A stretch of 64,000 nt of DNA. Origin: a virus. Lineage: Duplodnaviria; Caudoviricetes. Below are positions 38,395-48,026 of this stretch, in pieces. Each line of letters opens with the position of its first letter. Position 1 is the first letter of the stretch. The notes under the pieces are model-generated. The model made no database searches. It saw nothing but the letters and a program-made list of their open reading frames with translations, and was not told where the DNA came from. Position numbers and translations under genes: made by a program. The stretch spans positions 1-64,000 of the IMG/VR virus record IMGVR_UViG_2643221939_000004; one strand, given 5' to 3'.

Positions 38395-39259
38395 GGTCCG
38401 AGTGATCCTAAAGGGCTCTGCCGGCTCGAAGGTCATCAACCCTGGCGACAGCACCGACGATCAGCTGCAGATTGAGTTCAGCGTCTCCAAAACGATGTCC
38501 TCGACGCAGAACACCGCATCCATCGACATCTGGAACCTCGCAGAGGCCACCCGCAACGCGATGGGCAAGGAGTTCGACCGGATCGAACTGGAGGCTGGCT
38601 ACATCTCACCGGACGACGTCTCGACGGTGGGCACGATCTTCATCGGTGAGCTGCGGGACGTAGAGCACACGCGAGAGCGCGACGACATCATCACCCATTT
38701 CGAGTGCGGCGATGGAGACGCGGCGGTTCGGCGGGCGACGATCTCAAAGACCTATCGTGCCGGCACTCCGGTCAAGGAGGTGGTCGAAGGCCTACGCGCG
38801 GAGTTCGAAAAGCAGGGCGTCACACGCGGCGAACTGAAGGGTCTGGACGACCTGCCGCCGTTCAAGCGGCCTTATTCAATGTGCGGGTCATGCTCACGCG
38901 AGATGGATCGTCTCAGCCGGCAGCATGGGTTCCAGTGGAGCCTCCAGAACGAGACCTTCGAGACGGTGCCGGCGGACGGGCACGTCGGCGGCATGGTGCT
39001 CCTGACGCCGGACACGGGGCTCATCGGCGTCCCGACCATCACCGACAAGGGCGTTAAGGTCGGTGCACTCCTGAACCCCCAGATCCGCCCCGGCCGGCGC
39101 GTTCGGATTGAAAGCCATGTGCTGGAGATGAATAGCGAGGGCGGCGTCTACCGGGTCGCCTCCGTCACCTTCAGCGGCAACAATCGGAGCGGCGACTTCA
39201 AGGCGTCGATCGAGGGCGAGAAGATCGCGTCAGGCAAGGTAGACAAGGGCGTGAAATGA
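38372..39259 (+). CDS. Baseplate hub protein
   Basis: IDIWNL, LEAGY, TGLIGVP, LLNPQI. Confidence 0.75.
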   Translation: MSQFYLRKVRVILKGSAGSKVINPGDSTDDQLQIEFSVSKTMSSTQNTASIDIWNLAEATRNAMGKEFDRIELEAGYISPDDVSTVGTIFIGELRDVEHTRERDDIITHFECGDGDAAVRRATISKTYRAGTPVKEVVEGLRAEFEKQGVTRGELKGLDDLPPFKRPYSMCGSCSREMDRLSRQHGFQWSLQNETFETVPADGHVGGMVLLTPDTGLIGVPTITDKGVKVGALLNPQIRPGRRVRIESHVLEMNSEGGVYRVASVTFSGNNRSGDFKASIEGEKIASGKVDKGVK

Positions 39260-39930
39260 GCGGCCACGGCTACATCGGCGGGACCAACCGCCTTGCGGGC
39301 GACGCAATCGATACGCGGGTCGGCAACGAGCGCGAGGACCAGTGGGGCGAGATGCCCGCCCGCATCGTGTCGTTCAATCCGTCCAAGCAGACCGCGACCA
39401 TCCAGCCGCTCCTCATGAAGCGACTGAACGGTGTGCCAACGTCTCTGCCAGAACTGCATGACGTGCCTGTGCGCTTCACGCGGGCCGGCGGTGGCTCTGT
39501 CACGTATCCGATCGCGGCTGGCGACAAGGTCACCCTGCGCCCGCAGATGCGGTCCAGTGAGGCCTTCCACTCGGACGGCGGGGATGATGGCTATGCGGCC
39601 TCCGACGGCCGGTCCTTCAACCTCTCCGACATGGAAGCCTTCCTCGACGGCGGGGAGAGCCTGACTGACCCCATCCCGAACTTCGATCCGAGGAATCTGC
39701 ATATCCGGGCCAACGCCAGCGGCTCCTTCGGCATGAAGATGAGCCAGGACGGCAAGGTCGCGATCGAGGGTGCCGAGGGCAACGTCTACGACATCCTCGC
39801 ACAGGTGGTCGAGATCCTCGGGGTGCTCACGACGACGGTCAGCGGCGGGTCTTCTGCCGGGATCTGGCCCATCACACAGCAACCCGAACTTGCCGCGCTG
39901 GCGGCCAAGCTGCGAGCCATGGCGCTATGA
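39256..39930 (+). CDS. Baseplate spike (Gp138-like)
   Basis: MPARIVSF...TATIQP...DVPV. Confidence 0.75.
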   Translation: MSGHGYIGGTNRLAGDAIDTRVGNEREDQWGEMPARIVSFNPSKQTATIQPLLMKRLNGVPTSLPELHDVPVRFTRAGGGSVTYPIAAGDKVTLRPQMRSSEAFHSDGGDDGYAASDGRSFNLSDMEAFLDGGESLTDPIPNFDPRNLHIRANASGSFGMKMSQDGKVAIEGAEGNVYDILAQVVEILGVLTTTVSGGSSAGIWPITQQPELAALAAKLRAMAL

Positions 39931-40301
39931 CGATCCGCCGCCTAGCCCCAGCGCTTCGTTCGAACGGGCAGGGCATCCCCGATCTCGCTCTGGCCGCCGA
40001 TGGCAACCTTGCCATGGTGGCCGATGCCGAGGCCGTAGGGCAGCACGCCGCGCAGCGACTTCAGACCTTCGAAAGCGAGTGGTTTCTCGACACGACGGCC
40101 GGCGTGCCTTGGCTGGAGCGCATCATGGGGCGGAAGGTCGATCTGCCGCTCGCTGAGAGCGTGATGAAGGCCGAGATCATGGACACCAACGGCGTGACCG
40201 GGATCGAAGCCTTCGACCTGCGCTTCGACCGAAAGCCGCGCCGGCTGAACCTCGTGCGCGCTGATGTCGGAACCGAGTACGACGAAGAGGTGTCCTTGTG
40301 A
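39927..40301 (+). CDS. Baseplate wedge protein (gp25-like)
   Basis: EWFLDTTAGVPW. Confidence 0.75.
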   Translation: MTIRRLAPALRSNGQGIPDLALAADGNLAMVADAEAVGQHAAQRLQTFESEWFLDTTAGVPWLERIMGRKVDLPLAESVMKAEIMDTNGVTGIEAFDLRFDRKPRRLNLVRADVGTEYDEEVSL

Positions 40302-41194
40302 GCTATGGCGTCACGCCTGCCGGCTTTGTTCGCCCGACCATGGCCGAGATCCTCGACGCGATCGAGCAGTCCAACGTCGCCATCTTTGGCTCCGGCCTGA
40401 TCCAAACTGCGGCCTCACCGATGGGGCAGTGGAACGGGCTGCGTGCCGAGCAGATCATGATGAGCTGGGAGAGGACCGAGGAGGTCTACCAGTCCTACGA
40501 CCCGCGCCAGGCCGAGGGCGTGCCGCTCGACCGGCTGGCCGCGCTCCGGCTGCTCGCCCGGCAGCCCGGCGAGACCGACGCATCGCTGTCGCTCGCCATC
40601 ACGAACGCTGGCGTGGCGAACACGCGCGATGCCGACTTCTATCGTTCCGTCCTGAATGTCTCTGGCGTGACCTGGGCGCGCATCTACGTCAACGACGCGG
40701 ACGAGGAGGACGACAATGGCATGTCGCCCCACAGCGTCTCGCTGGCGGCGATCGGCGGGGATGACGAGGCGTTGGCGCTCGTCGCGCGCCGCTACATCGT
40801 GCCGGGCATCACGTCGTTCGGGAATACGCGCGTGGAGACCGAGATCGACGGCTACTGCCGATCCATCATGATCCACCGTCCGGTTGAGGTGCCGACCAAG
40901 TTAGAGCTCGACATTCGAAAATGGGCCGATGCCGGCGGGTGCCCGCCCGATCCGACAAGTGCCATCGCCGCGACGCTTGTCGCAAACCTGTCCGATGCGA
41001 ACCGGCCTCGCAACGGCGTCACCCTGACGAAGCACATTATGAGCCAAGCGCTCTGCGACAAGCCGAACGTTGAAGTGGTCGCGGGGCGCGGCGCGAAGAA
41101 CGCGGGCACCGTGGCGGCACTCCCGCTGGCCTTCGGCTTCAACGAAATACCGCTTATCACTCTTGCGAACGTGACGCTCCATGTCGTCGACTGA
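40298..41194 (+). CDS. Baseplate J-like protein
   Basis: GVTPAGF, AEGVPLD, GETDASL. Confidence 0.75.
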   Translation: MSYGVTPAGFVRPTMAEILDAIEQSNVAIFGSGLIQTAASPMGQWNGLRAEQIMMSWERTEEVYQSYDPRQAEGVPLDRLAALRLLARQPGETDASLSLAITNAGVANTRDADFYRSVLNVSGVTWARIYVNDADEEDDNGMSPHSVSLAAIGGDDEALALVARRYIVPGITSFGNTRVETEIDGYCRSIMIHRPVEVPTKLELDIRKWADAGGCPPDPTSAIAATLVANLSDANRPRNGVTLTKHIMSQALCDKPNVEVVAGRGAKNAGTVAALPLAFGFNEIPLITLANVTLHVVD

Positions 41195-41897
41195 TTGTCC
41201 TGATCGCGAGGCGCTCGTTCAGGCGACGATGGATCGCGTCATCACGCAATATCGGGAGAGCGACAATCTCCTCGGCGTGATCCGCTACGACGTCGGGGCC
41301 ATTGCAGATGCGCATCTCGCGGCATGTAAGATCCCGTCTGCCTTTGATCTCGACACAGCCGCTGGCGAGCAGTTGACCTTCATAGGCGAGCGGCTCGGCT
41401 GGCCGCGGTGCCATTGCGTCTGCGTCACTCCACCGGTCTTCGGTTTCTCCTGCGGTACGGCGAACCCGAACCACATCGTGCTTGGCTTCTGCAAGGATGT
41501 CGTCTGGGCTGACTGCCAGGCCGGCGGGACAGGCGATCTCTGCCTTGCCGATGACGAGGTCTACCGCGGCTATGTCCGCGCCCGCCGCTTTCAGGTTCTC
41601 CAGCACTACAGCATCGACGACCTTCAAGCCGCCGCACGGTTCATCTGGGGGCCATCGGCCTTCGCTGTCTCAATGGGGCGGGGCAAGGCCTGCGCTGCGC
41701 CTGGACGCGCTCTGACGAGCCGCGAGGAGCAGGAGCTGCCGCTGGCGTTCCGCGTTCTGCCGTTCGCGCCGGGCATCGCTCGCTTTGTCCACCGCGGCGT
41801 CGCCAATTCTTTCGGCTTTGGCTCCGGCTGGGGCGGCTTTTGCGACGGCAGCGAATGGTTCTGCCCGACCTTCATTGATCCGCTGGCCTGCGCCTGA
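41181..41897 (+). CDS. Baseplate wedge protein (DUF2612-like)
   Basis: ITQYRES, FDLDTAAGEQL. Confidence 0.75.
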   Translation: MSSTDCPDREALVQATMDRVITQYRESDNLLGVIRYDVGAIADAHLAACKIPSAFDLDTAAGEQLTFIGERLGWPRCHCVCVTPPVFGFSCGTANPNHIVLGFCKDVVWADCQAGGTGDLCLADDEVYRGYVRARRFQVLQHYSIDDLQAAARFIWGPSAFAVSMGRGKACAAPGRALTSREEQELPLAFRVLPFAPGIARFVHRGVANSFGFGSGWGGFCDGSEWFCPTFIDPLACA

Positions 41898-41923
41898 CGG
41901 TCTGATCCTGCAGGAGGTACATT

Positions 41924-42871
41924 ATGGCTCTGCCTTTCCCGACCGTCTGGGCGGTCAACGGACCCGTGCGCGATCCAACCAGTCCTGAAGTCGATCAGGG
42001 ATTCCCATGCGGTGAAGCCGATCGAGCGCTTTTCAACCGGCTGTTCCAAGACGTTCAGCAGGCAATTAATGCGATCGGCCTACGCAACGGTGATGCGGAC
42101 ATCCCGGTGAATGGGTTCCAGGCCTCGCCGCCTTCCTCCCCGGAGGTCGGGGACCGCTATATCGTGGCGTCCTCCCCAACGGGCGCATGGGCCGGGCAGT
42201 CAGCTAATATTGCAGCATGGGCAGGCTCGGCATGGGCCTTCATCAGCCCGCCCCGCGGCCTTATCGTCAATCATTGGAACGGCGCGCGCCTTGTCGTCCT
42301 TCGCTATGACGGCACAACTTGGGCCGAGTGGATGGCAAGCGACACGGCCTCAGGCCCTGTCGAACTCGCCACGCAGGCCGAAGTCGACGCAGGCATTGAC
42401 GCCACGCGTGTGATTACGCCCGCGACCCAAGCCAAGGCAAAGTCGAGCTACATGGCCGCTCGTGCCGCCCCCGGGGTTGGCGGCACCACCGCCACCGTTT
42501 CCGCCACTTACACCAACCTCTCGGGCTTCGGTGTGACGTCCACGTTCTTTAAGGGCGGGTCAACCTTCGCCGCGGGTGTCCTGACAATTGGCGCCGGCGA
42601 TGAGGGTCTCTGGCTTTTGACACTCAGCCTCCGCGAGGATGGCTTGTCTACCTCCGGCCAAGCTGTTCGCATCACACTCAACAACGTGACGCTGGCAAGC
42701 GATGGCGGCCAGACGCCCGACAACTCCGCCATCGGGCACAGTGGTACGGCTGTCGGTGTCGCTCTAAGCGTGGGCGACGTGATCCGGTTTCAGGTTATCC
42801 AGAGTCTGGGTACAACTAAAACCTTCGACGAATATTCGCTCTCAGCCGTCCGGATCGGCGGGGCCTCGTGA
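41924..42871 (+). CDS. Tail fibre protein (DUF2793-like)
   Basis: PPSSPEVGDRYIV..PTGAWAGQ; ELATQAEVDAG..TP. Confidence 0.75.
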   Translation: MALPFPTVWAVNGPVRDPTSPEVDQGFPCGEADRALFNRLFQDVQQAINAIGLRNGDADIPVNGFQASPPSSPEVGDRYIVASSPTGAWAGQSANIAAWAGSAWAFISPPRGLIVNHWNGARLVVLRYDGTTWAEWMASDTASGPVELATQAEVDAGIDATRVITPATQAKAKSSYMAARAAPGVGGTTATVSATYTNLSGFGVTSTFFKGGSTFAAGVLTIGAGDEGLWLLTLSLREDGLSTSGQAVRITLNNVTLASDGGQTPDNSAIGHSGTAVGVALSVGDVIRFQVIQSLGTTKTFDEYSLSAVRIGGAS

Positions 42872-43443
42872 TGGAGACGTCGATGCGTATTGATCTGTCC
42901 CTTGAGGAGGCGGCCGCTCTCGTTGCGCTGGCTTCACCTCTAGTCGAGAGTACATTTTTTGACGGCGACGGTCTCGTCTTTGCGGATGAGGCGGAGTTCC
43001 AGCGGGTTTCGAACTTGCACGCCAACCCCGTTGAAGCGAGTGAGAGAGCTTTCGGTTCGGCAAAGCGCGCCAAATCCGCTGCAGTAAATGCCAAGCGCGA
43101 GGCGATCATCGCAGCCGGCTATCATCACAACTTTGGAGGCACGATTGGCACGCGAATCCTCGACCAACGCGGCCCGGAGGATGTGACTTCCTGGTTGGCG
43201 CTCAAGCTCATGGCGCAGGATCTGAATTCGTCGGATCAAGGCGACACCCTTCTGCCCATTCGGGACGCGAACAACTCGACCTTCTCAGCAAAGTCGACGG
43301 CTGTAGAGGCTTCCATGAGCGATATGGGCTCGTGGCGGGCTCGCATCCTTGCTCGGTCCTGGGTGCTGAAGGACGAGATCACGGCGGCGGCCGATCAGGC
43401 AGCGCTTGATGCCATCGACATCAACGACGGTTGGCCGGAGTGA
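42868..43443 (+). CDS. Tail fibre assembly-like protein (DUF4376-like)
   Basis: LKDEITAA...LDAIDI..GW C-terminus. Confidence 0.65.
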   Translation: MMETSMRIDLSLEEAAALVALASPLVESTFFDGDGLVFADEAEFQRVSNLHANPVEASERAFGSAKRAKSAAVNAKREAIIAAGYHHNFGGTIGTRILDQRGPEDVTSWLALKLMAQDLNSSDQGDTLLPIRDANNSTFSAKSTAVEASMSDMGSWRARILARSWVLKDEITAAADQAALDAIDINDGWPE

Positions 43444-43447
43444 GGCG

Positions 43448-44119
43448 ATGGAGAAGGATCGAACGGGGCCCGTAGTCGGCAAGCTGCGGCAGCGCGTCCA
43501 GGCGTTGGAGGAGAAGCCGGCAGATCAGACGAGCATCGCGACTGAAGCAAGGACCAGGGCGGACGCCGACATAGCGCTTGCCGACAGCATTGGGGCCGAG
43601 ACCCGAGCCCGCACGGATGCGGATACGTCGGAGGCGGGCGCGCGATCGGCGGCTGACAAAGCGAACGGCGATGCCATTTCTGCCGAGGTGAAGGCCAGAG
43701 GCGACGCCATCACGGCCGAAGCTTCGGCCCGCGTAGCCGGTGACAAGACGAATGCTGATGCCCTGACAGCCGAGGCAAAGTCCCGGTCGGACGCGGATGC
43801 TTCCGAAGCCAAGGCTCGAGGGGATGCAGACGCGGCGATGCAGGCTCGCATTGTCACCCTCACCGGAGCGCTCGTTCTTCCTGCCGGCCTCTCGATCGCC
43901 GTCGGCAAGACCGAGCGCAAAGTCGTCGTGCCAGGCCTGAAGAAGGGCGATGTCGTCGCCATCACACCTGACAAAGCACTGCCCGGCGGCATGTCGCTGG
44001 GCGACGCCTATTGCCTCGTGGATGGTGAGTTGACGCTGGCAACGCTCTTCACCGCGCTTCTCGGCCTTTCCCTGTCGGCCGCGACCACGATCACGCTGAG
44101 CATCAAAGCGATCCGTTGA
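43448..44119 (+). CDS. Fibre-like protein with ExxAR coiled repeats
   Basis: Repeated ETRAR/EAGAR/EVKAR/EAKAR units. Confidence 0.65.
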   Translation: MEKDRTGPVVGKLRQRVQALEEKPADQTSIATEARTRADADIALADSIGAETRARTDADTSEAGARSAADKANGDAISAEVKARGDAITAEASARVAGDKTNADALTAEAKSRSDADASEAKARGDADAAMQARIVTLTGALVLPAGLSIAVGKTERKVVVPGLKKGDVVAITPDKALPGGMSLGDAYCLVDGELTLATLFTALLGLSLSAATTITLSIKAIR

Positions 44120-44159
44120 TCCCGCGCTAATCCACAGCCTTTTCCACCGCTCATCCCCA

Positions 44160-44189
44160 GCCCGGCCGCCAGCGCGAGCCGGGCTTTTT
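44160..44189 (+). terminator. Terminator before lysis module
   Basis: GCCCGGC...GCCGGGC followed by TTTTT. Confidence 0.6.
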
Positions 44190-44208
44190 CGTGCCCGGAG
44201 ATCCTCGC

Positions 44209-45285
44209 ATGTTCACTCTCGACCAGCGGCGTGAGGTCGGCGCCGCCGCGCGCGCATTCAATCTGCCCGAAGCGCACGTCCTCGCCGTCACCGAGGTCGA
44301 GAGCGCCGGCGTCATCTTCGCCACGGTGAAGGGCGAGCAGCGCCCGCTGATCCTCTTCGAGCCGCATATCTTCTATCGCCGACTGAAGGGGGCCGAGCGT
44401 GAGGAGGCGGTCGCGCTGAAGCTCGCGTCGGAACGCTGGGACAAGACGCTCTACCCCGCCGGACAGCCGGCGCGCTGGGCGCAGCTGGAGCGCGCGGCCG
44501 AGATCAACCGTCAAGCTGCCTATGAAAGCGCGTCCTACGGCGTTGGCCAGGTCATGGGCTTCCACTGGAAGGCGCTCGGCTATGCCAGCGTGTTCGAGCT
44601 CGTCGATCGCGCGCGATCCGGGCTTGGCGGACAGGTCGAGCTGATGCTGCGCTTCGTCCAGCAGAACAACCTGACCGACGAGCTGGCGACCGGGCAGTGG
44701 GCGCCCTTCGCCCGCGGCTACAACGGCGCCAGCTACAAGGCCAACCGCTACGACGAGAAGATGGCGGCTGCCGCGGCGAAGTTCGGCGGCCTGACCTCGG
44801 AGCCAAACGGACTCCTGCGCATGGGCTCGAAGGGGCGCCGCGTGCGCGAACTGCAGGCGCTCCTCATCCGCGCCGGCTATACTGTGAAGGAGGATGGCGA
44901 CTTCGGCACGACCACGAAGGCGGCCCTCGTCGCGTTCCAGACAGCGCGCGGCCTGACACCGGATGGCATCTACGGCCCGCAGACGGAGAGCGCGCTGGGC
45001 GAGCTTCGGCAGGCGTCCGACGATCGCCCGGGCAAGCAGGCGCTGACGAAGCTGGTCGACGTCCAGAAGGGCGTAGGCGGGGGCTTGGGCGCGGGCGTGA
45101 CGATTGCCGGGGCGAAGGAGGTCCTGCAGGACGCCTCCTATCAGGTGGCAAGCCTGGGCGTCTCCTTGCGCATCCTCGACTATGTCCAGACCGGCCTGAC
45201 GATCGCGATCACGGGGTGCGCCATCGCCGGGCTCGGCTATGCCGCCGCCGGCTGGTGGAAGTCGAAGCAGACGGTGGAGGCATGA
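44209..45285 (+). CDS. Endolysin: DUF3380 muramidase + peptidoglycan-binding domain + hydrophobic C-terminus
   Basis: EVESAG, LFEPH, QVMGFHW, FARGYNG; DGDFG..T..A..AFQ..GL..DGIYG. Confidence 0.9.
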   Translation: MFTLDQRREVGAAARAFNLPEAHVLAVTEVESAGVIFATVKGEQRPLILFEPHIFYRRLKGAEREEAVALKLASERWDKTLYPAGQPARWAQLERAAEINRQAAYESASYGVGQVMGFHWKALGYASVFELVDRARSGLGGQVELMLRFVQQNNLTDELATGQWAPFARGYNGASYKANRYDEKMAAAAAKFGGLTSEPNGLLRMGSKGRRVRELQALLIRAGYTVKEDGDFGTTTKAALVAFQTARGLTPDGIYGPQTESALGELRQASDDRPGKQALTKLVDVQKGVGGGLGAGVTIAGAKEVLQDASYQVASLGVSLRILDYVQTGLTIAITGCAIAGLGYAAAGWWKSKQTVEA

Positions 45286-45524
45286 ACGGGCTCGCTCTGC
45301 GGATCGCGCTCGTCGCAGCGGGGCTCATCTGCCTCGTGCTTTTCGCCACCTATATCGTCGGGCTGATCCGCGAGGATGGTTCGCGCGACACTCTCACCAC
45401 CATCGAAAAGCTCAACACGGAGGCCGGCAATGCTGGTGAGAATGCTAGGCTTGGCCGTCGCGAGTGCGTTGCTCGCGGGATGCGCTTCGACTTTGAAGCC
45501 GGCAAGTGTCTCGGCCACCCCTGA
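45282..45524 (+). CDS. Putative i-spanin-like membrane protein
   Basis: N-terminal TM helix; directly after endolysin. Confidence 0.5.
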   Translation: MNGLALRIALVAAGLICLVLFATYIVGLIREDGSRDTLTTIEKLNTEAGNAGENARLGRRECVARGMRFDFEAGKCLGHP

Positions 45525-45726
45525 CCTGCGACGCGCGCTCGGCACGGCGCTGCCCGGCGCTCGCGGTCGCACTGAGGAAGACCAGGAGGCGATCGACGAC
45601 ACCGTCGCGGGAGGCTGCGCAATCGGCCTCTACCTGCCTGCCGAATGCCGGCGACACAACATGACCTCCATCGCTCGCACAGCAATGGAGGAGCAAGGAA
45701 GGAAACGCCTTGATGCCGGGAACTGA
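45430..45726 (+). CDS. Putative o-spanin-like lipoprotein
   Basis: Lipobox LLAGC; overlaps preceding gene. Confidence 0.55.
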   Translation: MLVRMLGLAVASALLAGCASTLKPASVSATPDLRRALGTALPGARGRTEEDQEAIDDTVAGGCAIGLYLPAECRRHNMTSIARTAMEEQGRKRLDAGN

Positions 45727-46009
45727 CGACAGCGTGGAGCGCCTGCGCAAGGACCACACGCAGCTCGCCGCGACGATCTCGGTGCTGACGACGGAGGTCG
45801 GTGGCATCAAGACCGAGAAGGCGATCGAGAAGGCCGTCGGCGTCGAGCGCGAGAAGAACCTCGACGAGCGGCTGGAGCGGATCGAGAAGAGCCTCGAAGG
45901 CCTTTACGGGCTCGGAAAATGGATGCTGCTCGCCTTCTTCGGCACGCTCATCGCCGCGGTCGTCACCTTCATGGTCAAAGGAGGATTCAATGTCCCCCCG
46001 ACCCCTTAG
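45710..46009 (+). CDS. Holin/XhlA-like membrane protein
   Basis: Coiled coil plus single C-terminal TM helix. Confidence 0.6.
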   Translation: MMPGTDDSVERLRKDHTQLAATISVLTTEVGGIKTEKAIEKAVGVEREKNLDERLERIEKSLEGLYGLGKWMLLAFFGTLIAAVVTFMVKGGFNVPPTP

Positions 46010-46439
46010 CTGGATCGGACCGCTGAAAGTGCTGCTTGGCACGATCGCCGTCCTCTGTGGTCTCTACGTCTTCTTCCTCGTCGGACCCGCCCTTGAAACG
46101 CGGTTCTTCCCAGTGCTTGGCAAGATGCGCTTCACGGAAGTGCTGGCGCAGACGAAGGACGCTTCGATCGTTCGGACGGAATTCGAGAAGCTGCGGTCCT
46201 GCGAGTACATGGGCATTGCCTGGTACTATGGAGCCGAGGCCGGAGTGTTTGAGCGCGTGTCCATGGTGCCAATCCGCGATCCGAACGACACGTCTAGTCC
46301 AAGCCGTCCGGTGGGAATTGCCCGCGCTGGGCCGTGGCGGATCACGATCCCGGCGGCGGACGTCCGCACGAAAAGCTTCGTCGAGGCGTTCCACCGATGC
46401 CACCCGTTCTGGACGACGGTCTCCAAGTTCTACCCGTGA
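45990..46439 (+). CDS. Membrane-anchored hypothetical protein
   Basis: AAGGAGG RBS; N-terminal TM helix. Confidence 0.65.
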   Translation: MSPRPLSWIGPLKVLLGTIAVLCGLYVFFLVGPALETRFFPVLGKMRFTEVLAQTKDASIVRTEFEKLRSCEYMGIAWYYGAEAGVFERVSMVPIRDPNDTSSPSRPVGIARAGPWRITIPAADVRTKSFVEAFHRCHPFWTTVSKFYP

Positions 46440-46539
46440 TGTTGCAAGGCTCCCATGCAACCAGTGGAATAGCTCGACGCAAGCCGTCTGAGATATTCCT
46501 AGGCTGCATTGTTTCCTCCCAGACTCATGCATCAATTGG

Positions 46540-46572
46540 CCCGCCCGGTTCGTCCGAGGCGGGTTTCTTTTT
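46540..46572 (+). terminator. Terminator at end of late operon
   Basis: CCCGCC..GGCGGG followed by TTTCTTTTT. Confidence 0.6.
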
Positions 46573-46707
46573 GCGTTCAGCCGCCGGTGTCTTTTGGGGC
46601 GCCGGCGGCTTTCGTCGTTTCGGGCTTCGGAATGAACAGCTCGCGCGGATCGGCCTGGAGCAGCCGCAATAGCTCGGCCTTGCCGGCGAGGGGAATGCGC
46701 CGATCGT

Positions 46708-46980
46708 TCACGGCCCTACCGACCACTGCTGTCTCGTCTGGCTGTCGTATTGTAAGCCGCATGGATCACCATATTGGCCGGCGCCGTGTCGTTGACAGCC
46801 CTCGGCCGCGGCAAGGCGCTTGATCAGGTGCGGCAAGCACTGATGGTCGAAGCTCGTCAGCCTCGCCATGAGTTTCAGCCTGTCGTAGCTGCGGGTCATT
46901 CCACATTTGGCGCATTCGACACCAACGCGCGGGATCGTCAGGTCGCAGAGGTAGCGGGAGGAGTAGGCGCGCTCAGGCAT
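46708..46980 (-). CDS. Small Cys-containing phage protein
   Basis: VECAKCG...GDPC; overlaps upstream gene. Confidence 0.5.
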   Translation of the reverse strand: MPERAYSSRYLCDLTIPRVGVECAKCGMTRSYDRLKLMARLTSFDHQCLPHLIKRLAAAEGCQRHGAGQYGDPCGLQYDSQTRQQWSVGP

Positions 46981-47431
46981 TCCGCAGCATGAGCGTCGCC
47001 CGCGCGTACTTGTCCAGCCTGCGCTCATCGGCCTCTGAAACATGCGTCAGCCGCGTCCGGTCGGAGTTATCCGCGAGGTCCGCCAGCTTCACTTGCCGTG
47101 CTATGGTGTTCGCTCGCGCCCGCAGGATCGCCGAGAAGTAGTCCTCGCCTCGTCGTTTCGTCATGGCGTCCACGGCTTCAATGATGTCCTCGCCAAACCC
47201 TTCAGCGCGAAGCCTGTCCAATGTCCAGGCGGAGCAGTCCTCTACGACATCGTGAAGCAGGGCGACGATCTTGGCGGGCGCGTCCTCGACGGCCGCCGCC
47301 ACTCGACGAGGATGGTCGATGTACGGGGCGCCGCCCTTGTCCACCTGACCGGCGTGCGCCTCGGCTGCAATTTCGTCGGCTCGGGTCAGCATCTTCGCCC
47401 TCTCCATCATCTCCAGCGCGTCTCGTCTCAA
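46973..47431 (-). CDS. HD-domain small alarmone hydrolase (Mesh1/SAH-like)
   Basis: AHAGQVDKGGAPYIDHP, ALLHDVVED, VKLADLADN. Confidence 0.85.
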   Translation of the reverse strand: MRRDALEMMERAKMLTRADEIAAEAHAGQVDKGGAPYIDHPRRVAAAVEDAPAKIVALLHDVVEDCSAWTLDRLRAEGFGEDIIEAVDAMTKRRGEDYFSAILRARANTIARQVKLADLADNSDRTRLTHVSEADERRLDKYARATLMLRNA

Positions 47432-47477
47432 TCCTTTCCGCTATCTTGGCATGAGGGAGGAGGGGCGGGAAGCGGGG

Positions 47478-48023
47478 TCAGGCCGCAATCCGACGATCCG
47501 TCGTGACGCGGTCCCGCAGCTGCGCTCTGGCGACTTCGCTACTAGCCCAGCCCCAAATCTTCATCTTGCGGCTCGGCCGTCCGGTTCTGGCATCGGTTCC
47601 ACCGCCACCACCTTTGCCTAGGATCTGCCAGCCGTCGAAGCGATAGAGGTCGCCAGAGTGCAAGGCTTCGTCCTGATACGAGACTGCTACCGTCCGCCCG
47701 TGCATTAAAGCGATCGGTGGGAACACAAACTCCCGCCATAGGCGGAGCATCGGGCGACAAAGGTCAGGACGCGACGCGCACAGCCTAACAAGCTCTACGG
47801 CTTCGTCGCGCCGGATACCAGTTTGGCCCACGACTTCACGCGCTGTCTCTCCCGCAGCTGTAACCGCTACGGGTTCGCCATGTGAGAACAGGGCGTGGTG
47901 GGCTTCAAAGGTGTAGGTCGGCCGCGAGTAGACGCCCATGCGGTGGCCCCATGCGACCAAAAGCCGGTTGAGTTCGCGTCGGTCAATCGTTTCGAGATGC
48001 GCGATTGGCGGTAGGAAGTCCAT
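47478..48023 (-). CDS. Mom/XF1762-like GNAT DNA-modification protein
   Basis: ELVRLCA, VSYQD..HSGDLYR..GW. Confidence 0.65.
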   Translation of the reverse strand: MDFLPPIAHLETIDRRELNRLLVAWGHRMGVYSRPTYTFEAHHALFSHGEPVAVTAAGETAREVVGQTGIRRDEAVELVRLCASRPDLCRPMLRLWREFVFPPIALMHGRTVAVSYQDEALHSGDLYRFDGWQILGKGGGGGTDARTGRPSRKMKIWGWASSEVARAQLRDRVTTDRRIAA

Positions 48024-48026
48024 CTC

